Below are positions 27,730-36,854 of a DNA stretch of 64,000 bases, piece by piece. Position numbers and translations under genes: made by a program. Within the stretch, counting starts at the first letter, position 1; each line of letters opens with the position of its first letter. The DNA is from Candidatus Poribacteria bacterium. Its GTDB lineage: Bacteria > Poribacteria > WGA-4E > WGA-3G. Below the pieces are notes generated by a model. The model saw only the letters and a program-made list of their open reading frames with translations, ran no database searches and was not told the DNA's origin. The stretch lies in NCBI GenBank assembly GCA_965208735.1, contig CBDBPM010000002.1, positions 733,145-797,144 on the forward strand. Reading direction: 5' to 3'.

Positions 27730-27862
27730 GGCAGTACCGAAGGACGCTTCAAGGTCACCTACGCAACCGGACATCTCACCCAAACCGAAATTGAATCGGT
27801 CAGGCTACCAATGGGCACCAGCGAACCCCGACAAGGATTGTGGGCACTCCGCTCACGGTTTG
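27730..27862. repeat. Degenerate copy 3 of the 3-prime end of the LarA-like gene (133 nt, with an internal ~76-nt deletion relative to 22307..22507)
   Basis: 27730..27816 matches 22307..22396 at about 78 of 88 positions (ggcagYaccgaaggacgcttcaaggtcacctacgc...ggctaccaatgggcacc). 27817..27862 matches the core at 22473..22507. It is frameshifted, so it is a non-functional remnant. Confidence 0.7.
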
Positions 27863-27917
27863 GTAGGAGGGGTTTGCAACCCCGAAGTAAATTTCCATAG
27901 AAAGTAAGGAGAACAGC

Positions 27918-28559
27918 ATGCAACTCTTCAGAATTATCGTCAACTGGACACCCAAAATATGGTTTCCGTTGGCAATTGTTCTGTTGAATGGTGTAATCAA
28001 CTTTTTGGCGAGGCAATATCTTTTTGCATATTTGGATTTAGATTTATTTGAAATCTCTCCTAACTTTCAGGTTATCGGTGGATTTTTCGCTATCGCTGGG
28101 GCATTGATCAATTGGACCCTGATAAGCGTTCTCCTCTTTTTTGGGTGTCGGTTACTTTACAAAAGCGAAGGTATTTTCCGAAATTTCTTTAAGGTTATAG
28201 GTCTGTGCCATCTCGTTCTGTTGGTAGCCACACTAAGTCATTTCATTTTTCTTTTCATCAGTTTGCCGCCTGATCTCACGACATCTGAAGTGAATACTGA
28301 GCGGTTGGCTTCACTCGAACTACCAATTCAAGTGATTAACATTGCATGTCACATCTGTTTCGCGCTTATCCTCGTAGTAGTGGTTCAAACTTTTTTTGAA
28401 ATTAGATGGGTCCAAGCACTTTGTAACCTATGTATCTCTTATGCCATCTACTGGACTTTGAACAAAGCCTTATGGTTCGTTTTTCCGCACGTTTTTTTCT
28501 TTTTTTTTCCAGATTTTTTGGGTCCGAGTTGGCAGCCGGGCGACCCGATTCGACCATAA
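27918..28559 (+). CDS. Hypothetical multi-pass membrane protein
   Basis: 213 aa with RBS aaggag. It has 4-5 predicted hydrophobic helices. No family assigned. Confidence 0.5.
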   Translation: MQLFRIIVNWTPKIWFPLAIVLLNGVINFLARQYLFAYLDLDLFEISPNFQVIGGFFAIAGALINWTLISVLLFFGCRLLYKSEGIFRNFFKVIGLCHLVLLVATLSHFIFLFISLPPDLTTSEVNTERLASLELPIQVINIACHICFALILVVVVQTFFEIRWVQALCNLCISYAIYWTLNKALWFVFPHVFFFFFPDFLGPSWQPGDPIRP

Positions 28560-28560
28560 C

Positions 28561-29268
28561 CTAATGTGGTCCCAGCATTTCAGGCAATTCGGATAGGTTC
28601 TGAATCGTCTCATCCCATCTACCCGTTTGTGTACCATCGCGGTCAAGCAATATCGGACGAATGCCAACATCTTGTGCTCCGACGATGTCCGCTTCGTATG
28701 TATCCCCGATATGTACGGCTTCCGCTGCCGAAACCTCAACTGCTGCAAGCGCGTAGTTGAAGATATGGGAATCCGGTTTTTCAGATCGGACGCGCGCATC
28801 ATGCGAGGCGACGATGGCATCAAAATACTCGGCGATTCCCAACCGCTCAGTGAGCGGATCTAACGGTGTATCCCAATTGGAAACAATCGCTAATTTGAAG
28901 CCCGCGTCTCGCAAACGCTGAAGGGTCGGAACGGCATCGTCGTAGAGTACAGCGTTGGTAACACCAAAAAGTGGGTGTCCAGATTGCAAGAGTTCCCACG
29001 CCATCTGCTCCACATGTTCCTGAACGCCGAGTTCTCTTATAAACTCGCATTCTCGCGTTATTACAGCCATCGACCATTCCAGTAAAGAATGGTTAACAGG
29101 ACTGGATGCCGATGTATCAGTAAAGAGATTCCTTACTGCTGCTTCATAGCGTTCCGAATTGATTTCAACGCGATACCGTTCTGCGATTTTTTGAAGGCTT
29201 GCTTCAAACGACTGCTCCCCGTGAGCAGACAACGTTTTGTAAAAATCAAAGAAAACAGCTTTTACCAA
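28561..29268 (-). CDS. HAD-superfamily hydrolase (subfamily IA-like), paralog 1
   Basis: The N-terminal motif I is FFDFYKTL (DxD-type variant), and LAIVSNW / GDTYEADIVGA are HAD motifs III/IV. It has an apparent TTG start. It is about 65% identical to the adjacent paralog. Confidence 0.65.
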   Translation of the reverse strand: MVKAVFFDFYKTLSAHGEQSFEASLQKIAERYRVEINSERYEAAVRNLFTDTSASSPVNHSLLEWSMAVITRECEFIRELGVQEHVEQMAWELLQSGHPLFGVTNAVLYDDAVPTLQRLRDAGFKLAIVSNWDTPLDPLTERLGIAEYFDAIVASHDARVRSEKPDSHIFNYALAAVEVSAAEAVHIGDTYEADIVGAQDVGIRPILLDRDGTQTGRWDETIQNLSELPEMLGPH

Positions 29269-29372
29269 TTTTTAATTTTCCTTGCGGGGGAACGACGGGC
29301 GTTAAGATTTTTCCGTGCGTTTCCGAAATCCGCCTGCGCCGTTGTTGCAGGCTACAGGTTTTGTTTGCGACA

Positions 29373-30080
29373 TTAGTCGCGACCAGAAAACAGTTTTGGT
29401 AATTCAGACAAGCTTTGGATTGTTTCATCCCATCTGCCGGTTTGGGTGCCGTCTCGGTCGATGAGTATTGGACGAATGTCAGCGTTTTTTGCGCCGATGA
29501 TATCTGCTTCGTAGGTATCCCCTACATGCACGGCTTCCTCCGCCGAAACACCGACGGCTGCGAGCGTGTAGTTGAAGATATGTGGATCCGGCTTTGCAGA
29601 TAGGACACGCATATCGTGTGAGGCAACAATTATGTCGAAATAGTCGGCAATACCGAGTCGTTCGGTAAGTGGGTCTAATGGGGTATCCCAATTGGACACA
29701 ATCGCTAACTTGAAGCCAGCATCTCGCAAATGCGCAAGGGTCGGGACAGTGTCATCGTAGAGCGTAGCGGCACTTGCAGCAAAGAGTGAATGTTCGGATT
29801 GCAACAGTTCCCACGTCACCTGTTCTACATGTTCCTGAACACCGAGTTCTCGGACAAATTCGCAATAACTCTCAACGATCTCTTGCATCGTTCCAAGAAG
29901 AGTATGCTTGGTAGGATCGGAACCTGACGCGTCGGCATAGAGATTCTCGCGCGCTGTGTCATAGCGTTCCCAATCAATTTCACACCCATACCGGTCTGTG
30001 ATTCTCTGAAGTCTGGGTCTAAGTGATTCTCCCCAAACGCCCAACGTTTGGTAAAAATCAAAGAAAACTGCCTTTATCAT
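29373..30080 (-). CDS. HAD-superfamily hydrolase, paralog 2 (tandem duplicate)
   Basis: The start is trimmed to ATG 30080 (MIKAVFFDFYQTLGV). It is collinear with 28561..29268 and highly similar to it throughout (..GFKLAIVSNWDTPLDPLTERLGIA.YFD.IVASHD.RV.S.KPD.HIFNY.LAAV.VSA.EAVH.GDTYEADI.GA). Confidence 0.7.
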   Translation of the reverse strand: MIKAVFFDFYQTLGVWGESLRPRLQRITDRYGCEIDWERYDTARENLYADASGSDPTKHTLLGTMQEIVESYCEFVRELGVQEHVEQVTWELLQSEHSLFAASAATLYDDTVPTLAHLRDAGFKLAIVSNWDTPLDPLTERLGIADYFDIIVASHDMRVLSAKPDPHIFNYTLAAVGVSAEEAVHVGDTYEADIIGAKNADIRPILIDRDGTQTGRWDETIQSLSELPKLFSGRD

Positions 30081-30083
30081 TCT

Positions 30084-30173
30084 TTTATGTACCACAAACT
30101 TTTAGTTTGTGACCCTGTCTCAACGGCTGCGACATTATATTCATTTTATGTACCACAAACTTTTAGTTTGTGA
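30084..30173. repeat. Direct duplication of a 32-nt unit (ttttatgtaccacaaacttttagtttgtgacc) containing the palindrome CACAAACTtttAGTTTGTG; the second unit overlaps the queC stop codon
   Basis: Exact 32-nt copies lie at 30084..30115 and 30142..30173. The palindrome centre tta/taa is the queC TAA stop on the minus strand (..K V T N stop equals gtc aca aac taa). Confidence 0.7.
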
Positions 30174-30867
30174 CCTTCTGGAGAGAATAGAGAGTTGGAT
30201 CGGGGATACCCGCCTCTTTAAAGCCCTTTTTTCGGTGCAAGCAACTATCACAGCCACCACACGCTCTGCCTTTCGCGTCAGGATCGTAGCAACTTAAAGT
30301 GAGGCTATAATCGACACCGAGTGCCGTACCGATTTGGATAATTTCCGCCTTCGTTTTATCCATCAGTGGCACCTGGATTGTCAACTTCGTTTTACCTTCA
30401 ACACCGGCTTGTGTCGCAAGGTTCGCCAGCGTCTGATACGCCTCTATATATTCAGGACGACAATCTGGATAACCACTGTAATCAACAGCAGTCGCCCCGA
30501 TAAAAATGGTATCGGAACCGAGTACCTCAGTCCATGCAAGCGCGTATGAGAGAAATATTGTGTTTCGGGCAGGAACGTAAGTTATTGGTATGCTATCGCT
30601 CATCTCCGCATCAGATCTATCCTTTGGAACTTCAATATCCGCTGTCAATGCAGATCTCCCAAAGGTACGAAGGTCAATGTCAACGACTGTATGCTGCTTC
30701 ACGCCTAAAGCATTCGCGACCTTCTCAGCACACTGCAGCTCCACTGTATGTCGTTGACCATACCGGAAACTCATCGCATAGGTCTCGTAACCTTCATCAC
30801 GCGCGATAGCGAGGGTTGTTGTTGAATCTAAGCCGCCACTCAGTAAGACGACCGCTTTTTTAGACAC
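30163..30867 (-). CDS. queC: 7-cyano-7-deazaguanine synthase
   Basis: 234 aa. The N-terminus [14 protein letters not shown] is the PP-loop. The C-terminus has the Zn-binding cluster CGGCDSC, as in QueC. Confidence 0.85.
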   Translation of the reverse strand: MSKKAVVLLSGGLDSTTTLAIARDEGYETYAMSFRYGQRHTVELQCAEKVANALGVKQHTVVDIDLRTFGRSALTADIEVPKDRSDAEMSDSIPITYVPARNTIFLSYALAWTEVLGSDTIFIGATAVDYSGYPDCRPEYIEAYQTLANLATQAGVEGKTKLTIQVPLMDKTKAEIIQIGTALGVDYSLTLSCYDPDAKGRACGGCDSCLHRKKGFKEAGIPDPTLYSLQKVTN

Positions 30868-31004
30868 CGATTTCCTTCCTAAAAGAAGCGAAAAGTTGAC
30901 AAGTTTGGAAGTGTTCTAAAGTTTCACAAGTTATGTTCAATGTCACAACCTAACTTTAGTTCACTTTAGCTACACCTTACAACTTTCCGCTTTTTTAATC
31001 TTCC

Positions 31005-31535
31005 CTACTGCCCTTCAAATTCTAATTTGGCAAAACGGAGAAAGATACCGCCACCCGGTCTGGCAAGAGGACCGTTAATAGCCAAGCAAGCGATGACATG
31101 TTTCGCACCCGGTTCCGCGCTTTCGGTAACAACGACGCGTTGCGGTGCATTAAAACCAGACGCAGCACCACGTCCCGACTCCCCAAATGCCAAGTCGATC
31201 TCACCATCAACCCAGACTTCGCCATAGTCGTCAATACACGTGTGGAACCACACCTGCGAACCGGCAACCGAAACCCCATCGACCTCTTCAGGAATAGTGA
31301 CAGTGATCCGATACCAGCCGAAGCAGAGTCCTTCAGAGACGACTTCTTGGATGTTCTCACAAATTCCCCAACCTGAATCGTCATAATCAGCGAAGCGGGC
31401 AGGGGACTCTTTCATCAGATTAACCAAACCCCCATTCGGTTCACCGGGAACGAGTCCATCGGCATAACGCCACTCGGAATTGGTGAGTTCACGATGATCA
31501 GCATTTTCTAAATCAAGTTCTGCAATAATCATTAG
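31005..31535 (-). CDS. Hypothetical protein with a jelly-roll (galactose-binding-like) signature
   Basis: The start is trimmed to MLMIIAELDLEN (ATG ~31535). It reads ..WYRITVTIPEE..YGEVWVDGE... No confident family. Confidence 0.4.
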   Translation of the reverse strand, partial: LMIIAELDLENADHRELTNSEWRYADGLVPGEPNGGLVNLMKESPARFADYDDSGWGICENIQEVVSEGLCFGWYRITVTIPEEVDGVSVAGSQVWFHTCIDDYGEVWVDGEIDLAFGESGRGAASGFNAPQRVVVTESAEPGAKHVIACLAINGPLARPGGGIFLRFAKLEFEGQ

Positions 31536-31556
31536 CATTCCTTTCTTAGTTTGAAA

Positions 31557-31583
31557 GTAGCACACACAGTTAGTTTGTGCTAC
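31557..31583. terminator. Palindrome gtagcacacacagTTAgtttgtgctac overlapping the MFS-transporter TAA stop; member of the ACAAACTnTTAGTTTGT family
   Basis: The MFS gene ends ..S T N stop, encoded as agc aca aac taa on the minus strand. The complementary arm follows to make a hairpin with the stop codon in the loop. Confidence 0.45.
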
Positions 31584-32760
31584 CAATATTGGTATACCAG
31601 AGTCTATAAGCAATACCTGTCGAAAAAATCAGTGAAATTCCTGCGACAATAAATGGAACATGAACAGAGATGTTAACCAGAAAACCGCTTGCAACGTAAC
31701 CGAGAAGAAATCCGGTGCTCCACGCCAAATGCGTAAGTCCCACGCCGTGTCCCTTCTCATCAGGTTCAGTAAATTCATTGATAAACCGTGGGATCGTCGT
31801 CGAAAGTGCCCACGCCGCGCCCGAACCGAGTATCCAGAAAACCCCCAGCGCGATAGAAGAAGTATGAAAAAACGCCATACCGAAAGCGAGAAGTGTAACA
31901 ATTGCATTCGCTACGAGAGCCGGCGCACGGTGTCCAACAGCATCACATATCCGTCCGACAACCAGTTGGCATCCGAAAGCAAACAGTAGGCTGATCGCAC
32001 TGTAATAGCCTGTCGCTTTCACGCCGACGAAACGTTCAATTAAGATCGGCATCAGCAGACTCACAGATCCCCAATAGTAAGTCGGAAAAACACGCAAACC
32101 GATCAGCATCCGCATTTCCCGCCGCCGACTCAGACTTAGATACGCTGCAACGTTAAGCGTTGATTTCCATATGCCACGGCGTTCCCGTTCCGTATCGGAA
32201 GACCATTGTCCTGCCAACCGCGGCAAAAAGAGACACGCCGCCACAAACAGCACGCCTGCCAGCACCACAGCACCCGTCCCGAAAACGCTATATCCCGTCC
32301 GGCTAATGACTTCGCCAGCGATGGCACTACCCACTGCGCTCCCAACAGTCATATTGATAAAGTACAGCCCCGTCGCTAACCCCAATCGGTTTGATGGCAC
32401 AACACTGATGAGATAGGTTTGTCCACCCGCAGTTTTAAACCCGGATGCGATGCCCTCGTAGCAGAGGATGCCCCAGATGAACAGCGGCGTTCCGGTCGTG
32501 AAAAGTGCACCTACGGCGATCGCCCCTGTCATCCCGATGAGTATCGTCGGTTTTCGTCCGAACCGATCACTGAGTGTGCCACCGATTAGTGCCGAAATAC
32601 CGCCGAGTCCGATGGGCAAGGCACGTAACAACGCTGCGAATAGCGCGGTCTCTTCTAAAACCGATTCCGCGTAGACCGGAAACAGCATATGTACCGGTCC
32701 TGTTACCAAACCGACAACAAATACAATGGCGCAAAGAAGAATAAACCCGCGAGTCCACAT
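31570..32760 (-). CDS. MFS transporter
   Basis: 396 aa with 12 predicted TM helices. The motif GTLSDRFGRKPTILIG is the MFS signature between TM2 and TM3. Confidence 0.75.
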   Translation of the reverse strand: MWTRGFILLCAIVFVVGLVTGPVHMLFPVYAESVLEETALFAALLRALPIGLGGISALIGGTLSDRFGRKPTILIGMTGAIAVGALFTTGTPLFIWGILCYEGIASGFKTAGGQTYLISVVPSNRLGLATGLYFINMTVGSAVGSAIAGEVISRTGYSVFGTGAVVLAGVLFVAACLFLPRLAGQWSSDTERERRGIWKSTLNVAAYLSLSRRREMRMLIGLRVFPTYYWGSVSLLMPILIERFVGVKATGYYSAISLLFAFGCQLVVGRICDAVGHRAPALVANAIVTLLAFGMAFFHTSSIALGVFWILGSGAAWALSTTIPRFINEFTEPDEKGHGVGLTHLAWSTGFLLGYVASGFLVNISVHVPFIVAGISLIFSTGIAYRLWYTNIGSTN

Positions 32761-32766
32761 GCTTTG

Positions 32767-34518
32767 TTAAAAGTAGCGCATCAGACTGTCCGTAATATTC
32801 GGTGCAGCGGTGCCGAGTCCACAAGCACTCGTCGCCCGCATCACTGCCCCGATTTCTGAAATAAGTGCTTCCGAACCCGGCTCCAATGGTGCAGACAAAA
32901 GTTCCGTCAACCGATGGGTGCCGATCCGACATGGAAAACATTTCCCGCAAGATTCCTCAGCAAAAAATTCCATTGCGTTGCGGGCGACATCCAACATATC
33001 TCGCGTATCATCAAACACCATAATCCCTGCCGCTCCAAGCATCGCACCGACCTTCTGAAAACTCGGTTCATCCATAGTAATATCTAAGTCGTCTCCAGCG
33101 ATAAACCCACCAGAGAGTCCCGCCGTTGTAATCGCTTGAATCTCGCGTCCCTCCGGCGCACCACCTGCCCACTCGTAAAGAAACGTTTTTAAGGGAAGCC
33201 CGAACGGGACCTCGTAATTCCCCGGTCTCTGAATGTCGCCAGACAGGCTAATAATCTTTGTACCCGCTAAGTTTTCGTCATAACTAAGGTTCTTATACCA
33301 TGCTGCACCGTGTCGTAGAATCTGAACAGCAGCAGCAAGTGTCTCCACATTGTTCACGGCAGTGGGCAAGTCCTCAAACCCATGCGTCACCGGGTAAGGC
33401 GGACGGTTCCTCGGAAACGGATGTTTCCCCTCCAGACTATTCAACAGCGACCCTTCCTCACCACAGACATAAGCACCCGCACCGCGTCGGATATAGATGT
33501 GGAAGTTAAAGTCTTCACCCGCATGCTTATTTCCAAGGATAGCATCACCAAGTAATCCCGCTGCCTCGGCTTCCGCAAGTGCCTGCTCAAGTATTTTTAA
33601 GGTCTCTGGGTACTCATATCGGAGATAGATAAAACCGCGCGTCGCACCTGTTGCGTAAGCCGCAAGCGTCATCCCTTCAATCACAGCGTGTGGCGCATAA
33701 TCAAGAATAACCCGATCTTTGAAACAGCCCGGTTCGCCTTCATCTGCGTTGCAGACGATCGTTTTCGGTTCACCCGGGGCATTCAAAACCGATTCCCATT
33801 TCATGCCTGTTGGAAATCCTGCACCACCCCTACCTGCAAGTTGACTCTCCTTAAGCGTGTCAATTACATCTGCTGGTGTGAGCGTTGTTACTGCACGCGT
33901 CAACGCTTCATAGCCACCGGTGCGCTGATAACCTGTCAACGTCTTGCGTTCGGGTTCGCGAATTTCAGCGAAGATACATTCTTCGCCATCGCCCGGATAT
34001 GGTGGGGGTAAAGGGGAGGATTGTACAGAAAGGGAGTCTGCTTGCTTCCCAACGAATACCTGATGTCCTCTCAGCACCGGCACACAATCGTCGCATCTGC
34101 CAGCGCACGGCATCGGGATCGCGCCTTCGTTTTTAAGTGCCTCAAGGATTTCCAAACCGCCTTGCAACCGACAGACGGGTCCAGTACAGACACGCGGTGC
34201 GTCCTGTCCCGGAGCTTCGCGCGCGAAATGGTGATAAAACGTTACAGTGCCAAAAAGTTCAGCAAGCGGGATCCGAAGTCCGACTGCGATGTCGCGAAGA
34301 ACTGCCTCCGAAATAAATCCGTCTCGGTCATGGAATACGTGTAACAATGCAAGCAGCGGGGCGGGTTCATCACGCCACTGGGCAATCACTTCTCGATTTG
34401 TCGGGGCTGCCATCATCTCTCCAATACTAACACAAAACGTAATTTCTGCGTGCATCTTATCAATTTTCCGACTTCGCGTCAACGTTTTTCTGAAATCCTC
34501 TATGGGTACGGTCTTCAA
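32767..34518 (-). CDS. NuoE-NuoF fusion-type NAD(P)H-dehydrogenase / hydrogenase-diaphorase subunit (FMN and Fe-S binding)
   Basis: 583 aa. It has an N-terminal NuoE-like thioredoxin-fold 2Fe-2S region, the NuoF FMN/NADH motif GRGGAGFPTGMKWE, and the 4Fe-4S motif ESCGKCFPCRIGT. Confidence 0.75.
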   Translation of the reverse strand: MKTVPIEDFRKTLTRSRKIDKMHAEITFCVSIGEMMAAPTNREVIAQWRDEPAPLLALLHVFHDRDGFISEAVLRDIAVGLRIPLAELFGTVTFYHHFAREAPGQDAPRVCTGPVCRLQGGLEILEALKNEGAIPMPCAGRCDDCVPVLRGHQVFVGKQADSLSVQSSPLPPPYPGDGEECIFAEIREPERKTLTGYQRTGGYEALTRAVTTLTPADVIDTLKESQLAGRGGAGFPTGMKWESVLNAPGEPKTIVCNADEGEPGCFKDRVILDYAPHAVIEGMTLAAYATGATRGFIYLRYEYPETLKILEQALAEAEAAGLLGDAILGNKHAGEDFNFHIYIRRGAGAYVCGEEGSLLNSLEGKHPFPRNRPPYPVTHGFEDLPTAVNNVETLAAAVQILRHGAAWYKNLSYDENLAGTKIISLSGDIQRPGNYEVPFGLPLKTFLYEWAGGAPEGREIQAITTAGLSGGFIAGDDLDITMDEPSFQKVGAMLGAAGIMVFDDTRDMLDVARNAMEFFAEESCGKCFPCRIGTHRLTELLSAPLEPGSEALISEIGAVMRATSACGLGTAAPNITDSLMRYF

Positions 34519-35333
34519 TCAGGAACATCTACTTTAAACGGATCTATGAGTTCATCTAACGCCTTCCGCTGTCCATGGTCACGGCTTTCAAGCTCATGAA
34601 GTGCCTCTGGAATTTCGTCCTTATGCGCATCAAACGGAAGCCACCGAGTCGAATCGACGTGATGAAATTGTTTGGCATAGACCCAACGTAAAAACACCGT
34701 CATCCGCGGATAGGCTTCGTGGGTCCAGCGTCGTCCGGCATGCCGCGTGTTCGGCAGAAACACAATGAAGTCACCAGCGTTCACCGGAATATTGTGAACT
34801 GTCGGTGGTGGATCATCCATCGTGATATGTTCTGGATACTGGAAGTTGGATTTATGACTCCCCGGAATACAAGCAAATCCGTTGCCGGGTGGCACATCCA
34901 CTAACGAAACGGAGAGATTGAAGAAACTTGCGAAGATCTCGTCGTTGGCGACTTGGTATTGGTGATACGGACCTCGGAACCACCCCTTATGCCCACCATG
35001 CAGTTCCAAACCGTCTGCATTAGGATGACAGATATTCGCCACAACATCGAAAACTCGCGGATGGTTCCATGTCAACGCAGTCGCTACGCGCAGGATTTCT
35101 GGGTTCAAGATAAGCCGTTGGAACGCCTCATGCCCGTAATGCATGTTATAGACCCACCACGGTTTTCCCTCCGGCGTGTTGATTCGCATCGGTGGCTTGA
35201 AATCTGCCTCATCCCATTCGGACCACTCGAACATCTGCGCCTTCATCAGCTCAACGTCTGCTTTCGGTACGGCATTACGCACCACAAAATAACCGAGCAG
35301 ATCGAGGTACCACTTTTCTTCCTGTGTTAGCAT
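34515..35333 (-). CDS. Phytanoyl-CoA dioxygenase (PhyH) family Fe(II)/2OG oxygenase
   Basis: 272 aa. Length and motifs fit PhyH (the N-terminal LGYFVVRNAV and the H-x-D..H facial triad region). Its 4-nt overlap with the downstream NuoEF-like gene suggests translational coupling. Confidence 0.65.
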   Translation of the reverse strand: MLTQEEKWYLDLLGYFVVRNAVPKADVELMKAQMFEWSEWDEADFKPPMRINTPEGKPWWVYNMHYGHEAFQRLILNPEILRVATALTWNHPRVFDVVANICHPNADGLELHGGHKGWFRGPYHQYQVANDEIFASFFNLSVSLVDVPPGNGFACIPGSHKSNFQYPEHITMDDPPPTVHNIPVNAGDFIVFLPNTRHAGRRWTHEAYPRMTVFLRWVYAKQFHHVDSTRWLPFDAHKDEIPEALHELESRDHGQRKALDELIDPFKVDVPD

Positions 35334-36199
35334 AGTTCCTCTCCGTTATCAAGTTTTTTGAGGATCCGCTTGGCAAATTCCTTCTCGCTCCGTTGGACCG
35401 ACTCTAATTCGTATTGATCGTCAGAGATGCAGTGCCGGTGTGCTTCTATGGGTAGGTTATAGTTCTCATTAAAATAAAAACTGAATTGATACCGATTGAA
35501 GACAACGCGACGCGGATAATCTTCTTTCCAAAACTTTGCGCCGTGCATCAGTCGTGATGAGAAAATAAGGCAATCCCCTGCCTTCAACTCAAAAGTAATT
35601 GCAGGTGCCAACTCGTTATCAATGTCAAGCGTTGTGGGTAGTTTAATTTGCGATTTATGTGTGCCGGGGATGCCCATGAAACCGTTATCCTTCGGCACAT
35701 CAACGAGTGTTATCGCCGTGTTGACATAATTGCTGTAGATCTGTCCGTTTCCGGCTTTGTAATCGTTATGCGGGTTGTGAAATCCATCAGGGAAGTCAAA
35801 ACCGCTCGTATCCCGATGAAGCCTCTCCTTTTCGCCTTCACGGATAGGACGTTGCTTCTGCAAGACAAGGGCGCAATTGAAAAGTCTCGGACGGTTCCAC
35901 ATCAAACCCATCACAATCCGTAAGGCTTTCTCGTTGAGCGATAACCGCTCGAAAATCCGATCACCGTACTGAACATTATTCAGCACGCCGCTATATTCGT
36001 CTTGGGTGACGTTCACAGGTTCAGGCACGGTTTCAGGGTTCGCAAACCACTCGTTTGCAATCTCAAGCATCTGTTCTACTTCTGCTGGTGACACCACCTG
36101 CCGAAGCACAAGATAACCAAATAGATCGTAGTGCCATTTCTCCGCTTCTGTTAGCGTAGACGGAAGATCGATGGCACTGTCTTCACCGCGAATTAGCAT
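35327..36199 (-). CDS. Phytanoyl-CoA dioxygenase (PhyH) family protein, second tandem copy
   Basis: 290 aa. The N-terminus AEKWHYDLFGYLVLRQVV parallels the adjacent PhyH gene. It overlaps the downstream gene by 7 nt. Confidence 0.6.
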   Translation of the reverse strand: MLIRGEDSAIDLPSTLTEAEKWHYDLFGYLVLRQVVSPAEVEQMLEIANEWFANPETVPEPVNVTQDEYSGVLNNVQYGDRIFERLSLNEKALRIVMGLMWNRPRLFNCALVLQKQRPIREGEKERLHRDTSGFDFPDGFHNPHNDYKAGNGQIYSNYVNTAITLVDVPKDNGFMGIPGTHKSQIKLPTTLDIDNELAPAITFELKAGDCLIFSSRLMHGAKFWKEDYPRRVVFNRYQFSFYFNENYNLPIEAHRHCISDDQYELESVQRSEKEFAKRILKKLDNGEELC

Positions 36200-36233
36200 A
36201 CTATCTCCTACTTCTCCAATTCAAACCATATTC

Positions 36234-36827
36234 CTAAAAATGAAAGGTTATATTGGCATTTTCCCCACCCGATGTGGCCGCAGTGGAAATCCTCGATTCA
36301 GCGACAACTTTATCTTTAACTATATCAACGAGCTCACATTGGAAGCCGAGCTCGCTATCAGTGTCATGCGAAAATTCGCCGCGCAAAAGGTAGACACCCC
36401 CGGCTTTCACATCCGCAGACAATATTGATAGAATTTCCCTGTCTCTCAGCTTATGCTCATGAAAAGCTTCGTATACAACCTTGAGTGATATGTCACGTTT
36501 TCCAGGGGCAACCAAAATCTCGTCAATGGCGAGATCTCTACCCAACTCGATTTTCTCACTTAAGGCTAACCTACCATCAATTCGCAACACGATAAGATCA
36601 GGCCGTTGCGTCCATTCACCCTCTGTATCAACTTTGATAGCGGCGAGTTCAGATTTCGGCAACTCTGGTGCTTTATATGCACTTTCTCGCATCAAAAACG
36701 TGCTACAACCCATAAACGGCAGAGACAAGAGTATACCTGCAAGTAGAATAAAGATGCTCAATTTTGGTTTTATCTGCTGAGTTCTGGTGTTATTGATGTG
36801 ATGGTGTATCCACTTATCGCGTCTCAT
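36234..36827 (-). CDS. Hypothetical lipoprotein
   Basis: 197 aa. A hydrophobic segment is followed by a lipobox-like LPFMGC. Confidence 0.4.
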   Translation of the reverse strand: MRRDKWIHHHINNTRTQQIKPKLSIFILLAGILLSLPFMGCSTFLMRESAYKAPELPKSELAAIKVDTEGEWTQRPDLIVLRIDGRLALSEKIELGRDLAIDEILVAPGKRDISLKVVYEAFHEHKLRDREILSILSADVKAGGVYLLRGEFSHDTDSELGFQCELVDIVKDKVVAESRISTAATSGGENANITFHF

Positions 36828-36854
36828 TCTCTTTTCCTCCTAAATCTTGCTTGT

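Noticed and set aside
27638-27907. 89-aa ORF spanning the HicA 3-prime end and the att-like remnant
   Set aside because: It overlaps hicA. Its middle is simply the frameshifted remnant of the LarA-like C-terminus (..GYQWAPANPDKDCGHS..) read in a non-native frame. Not a gene.
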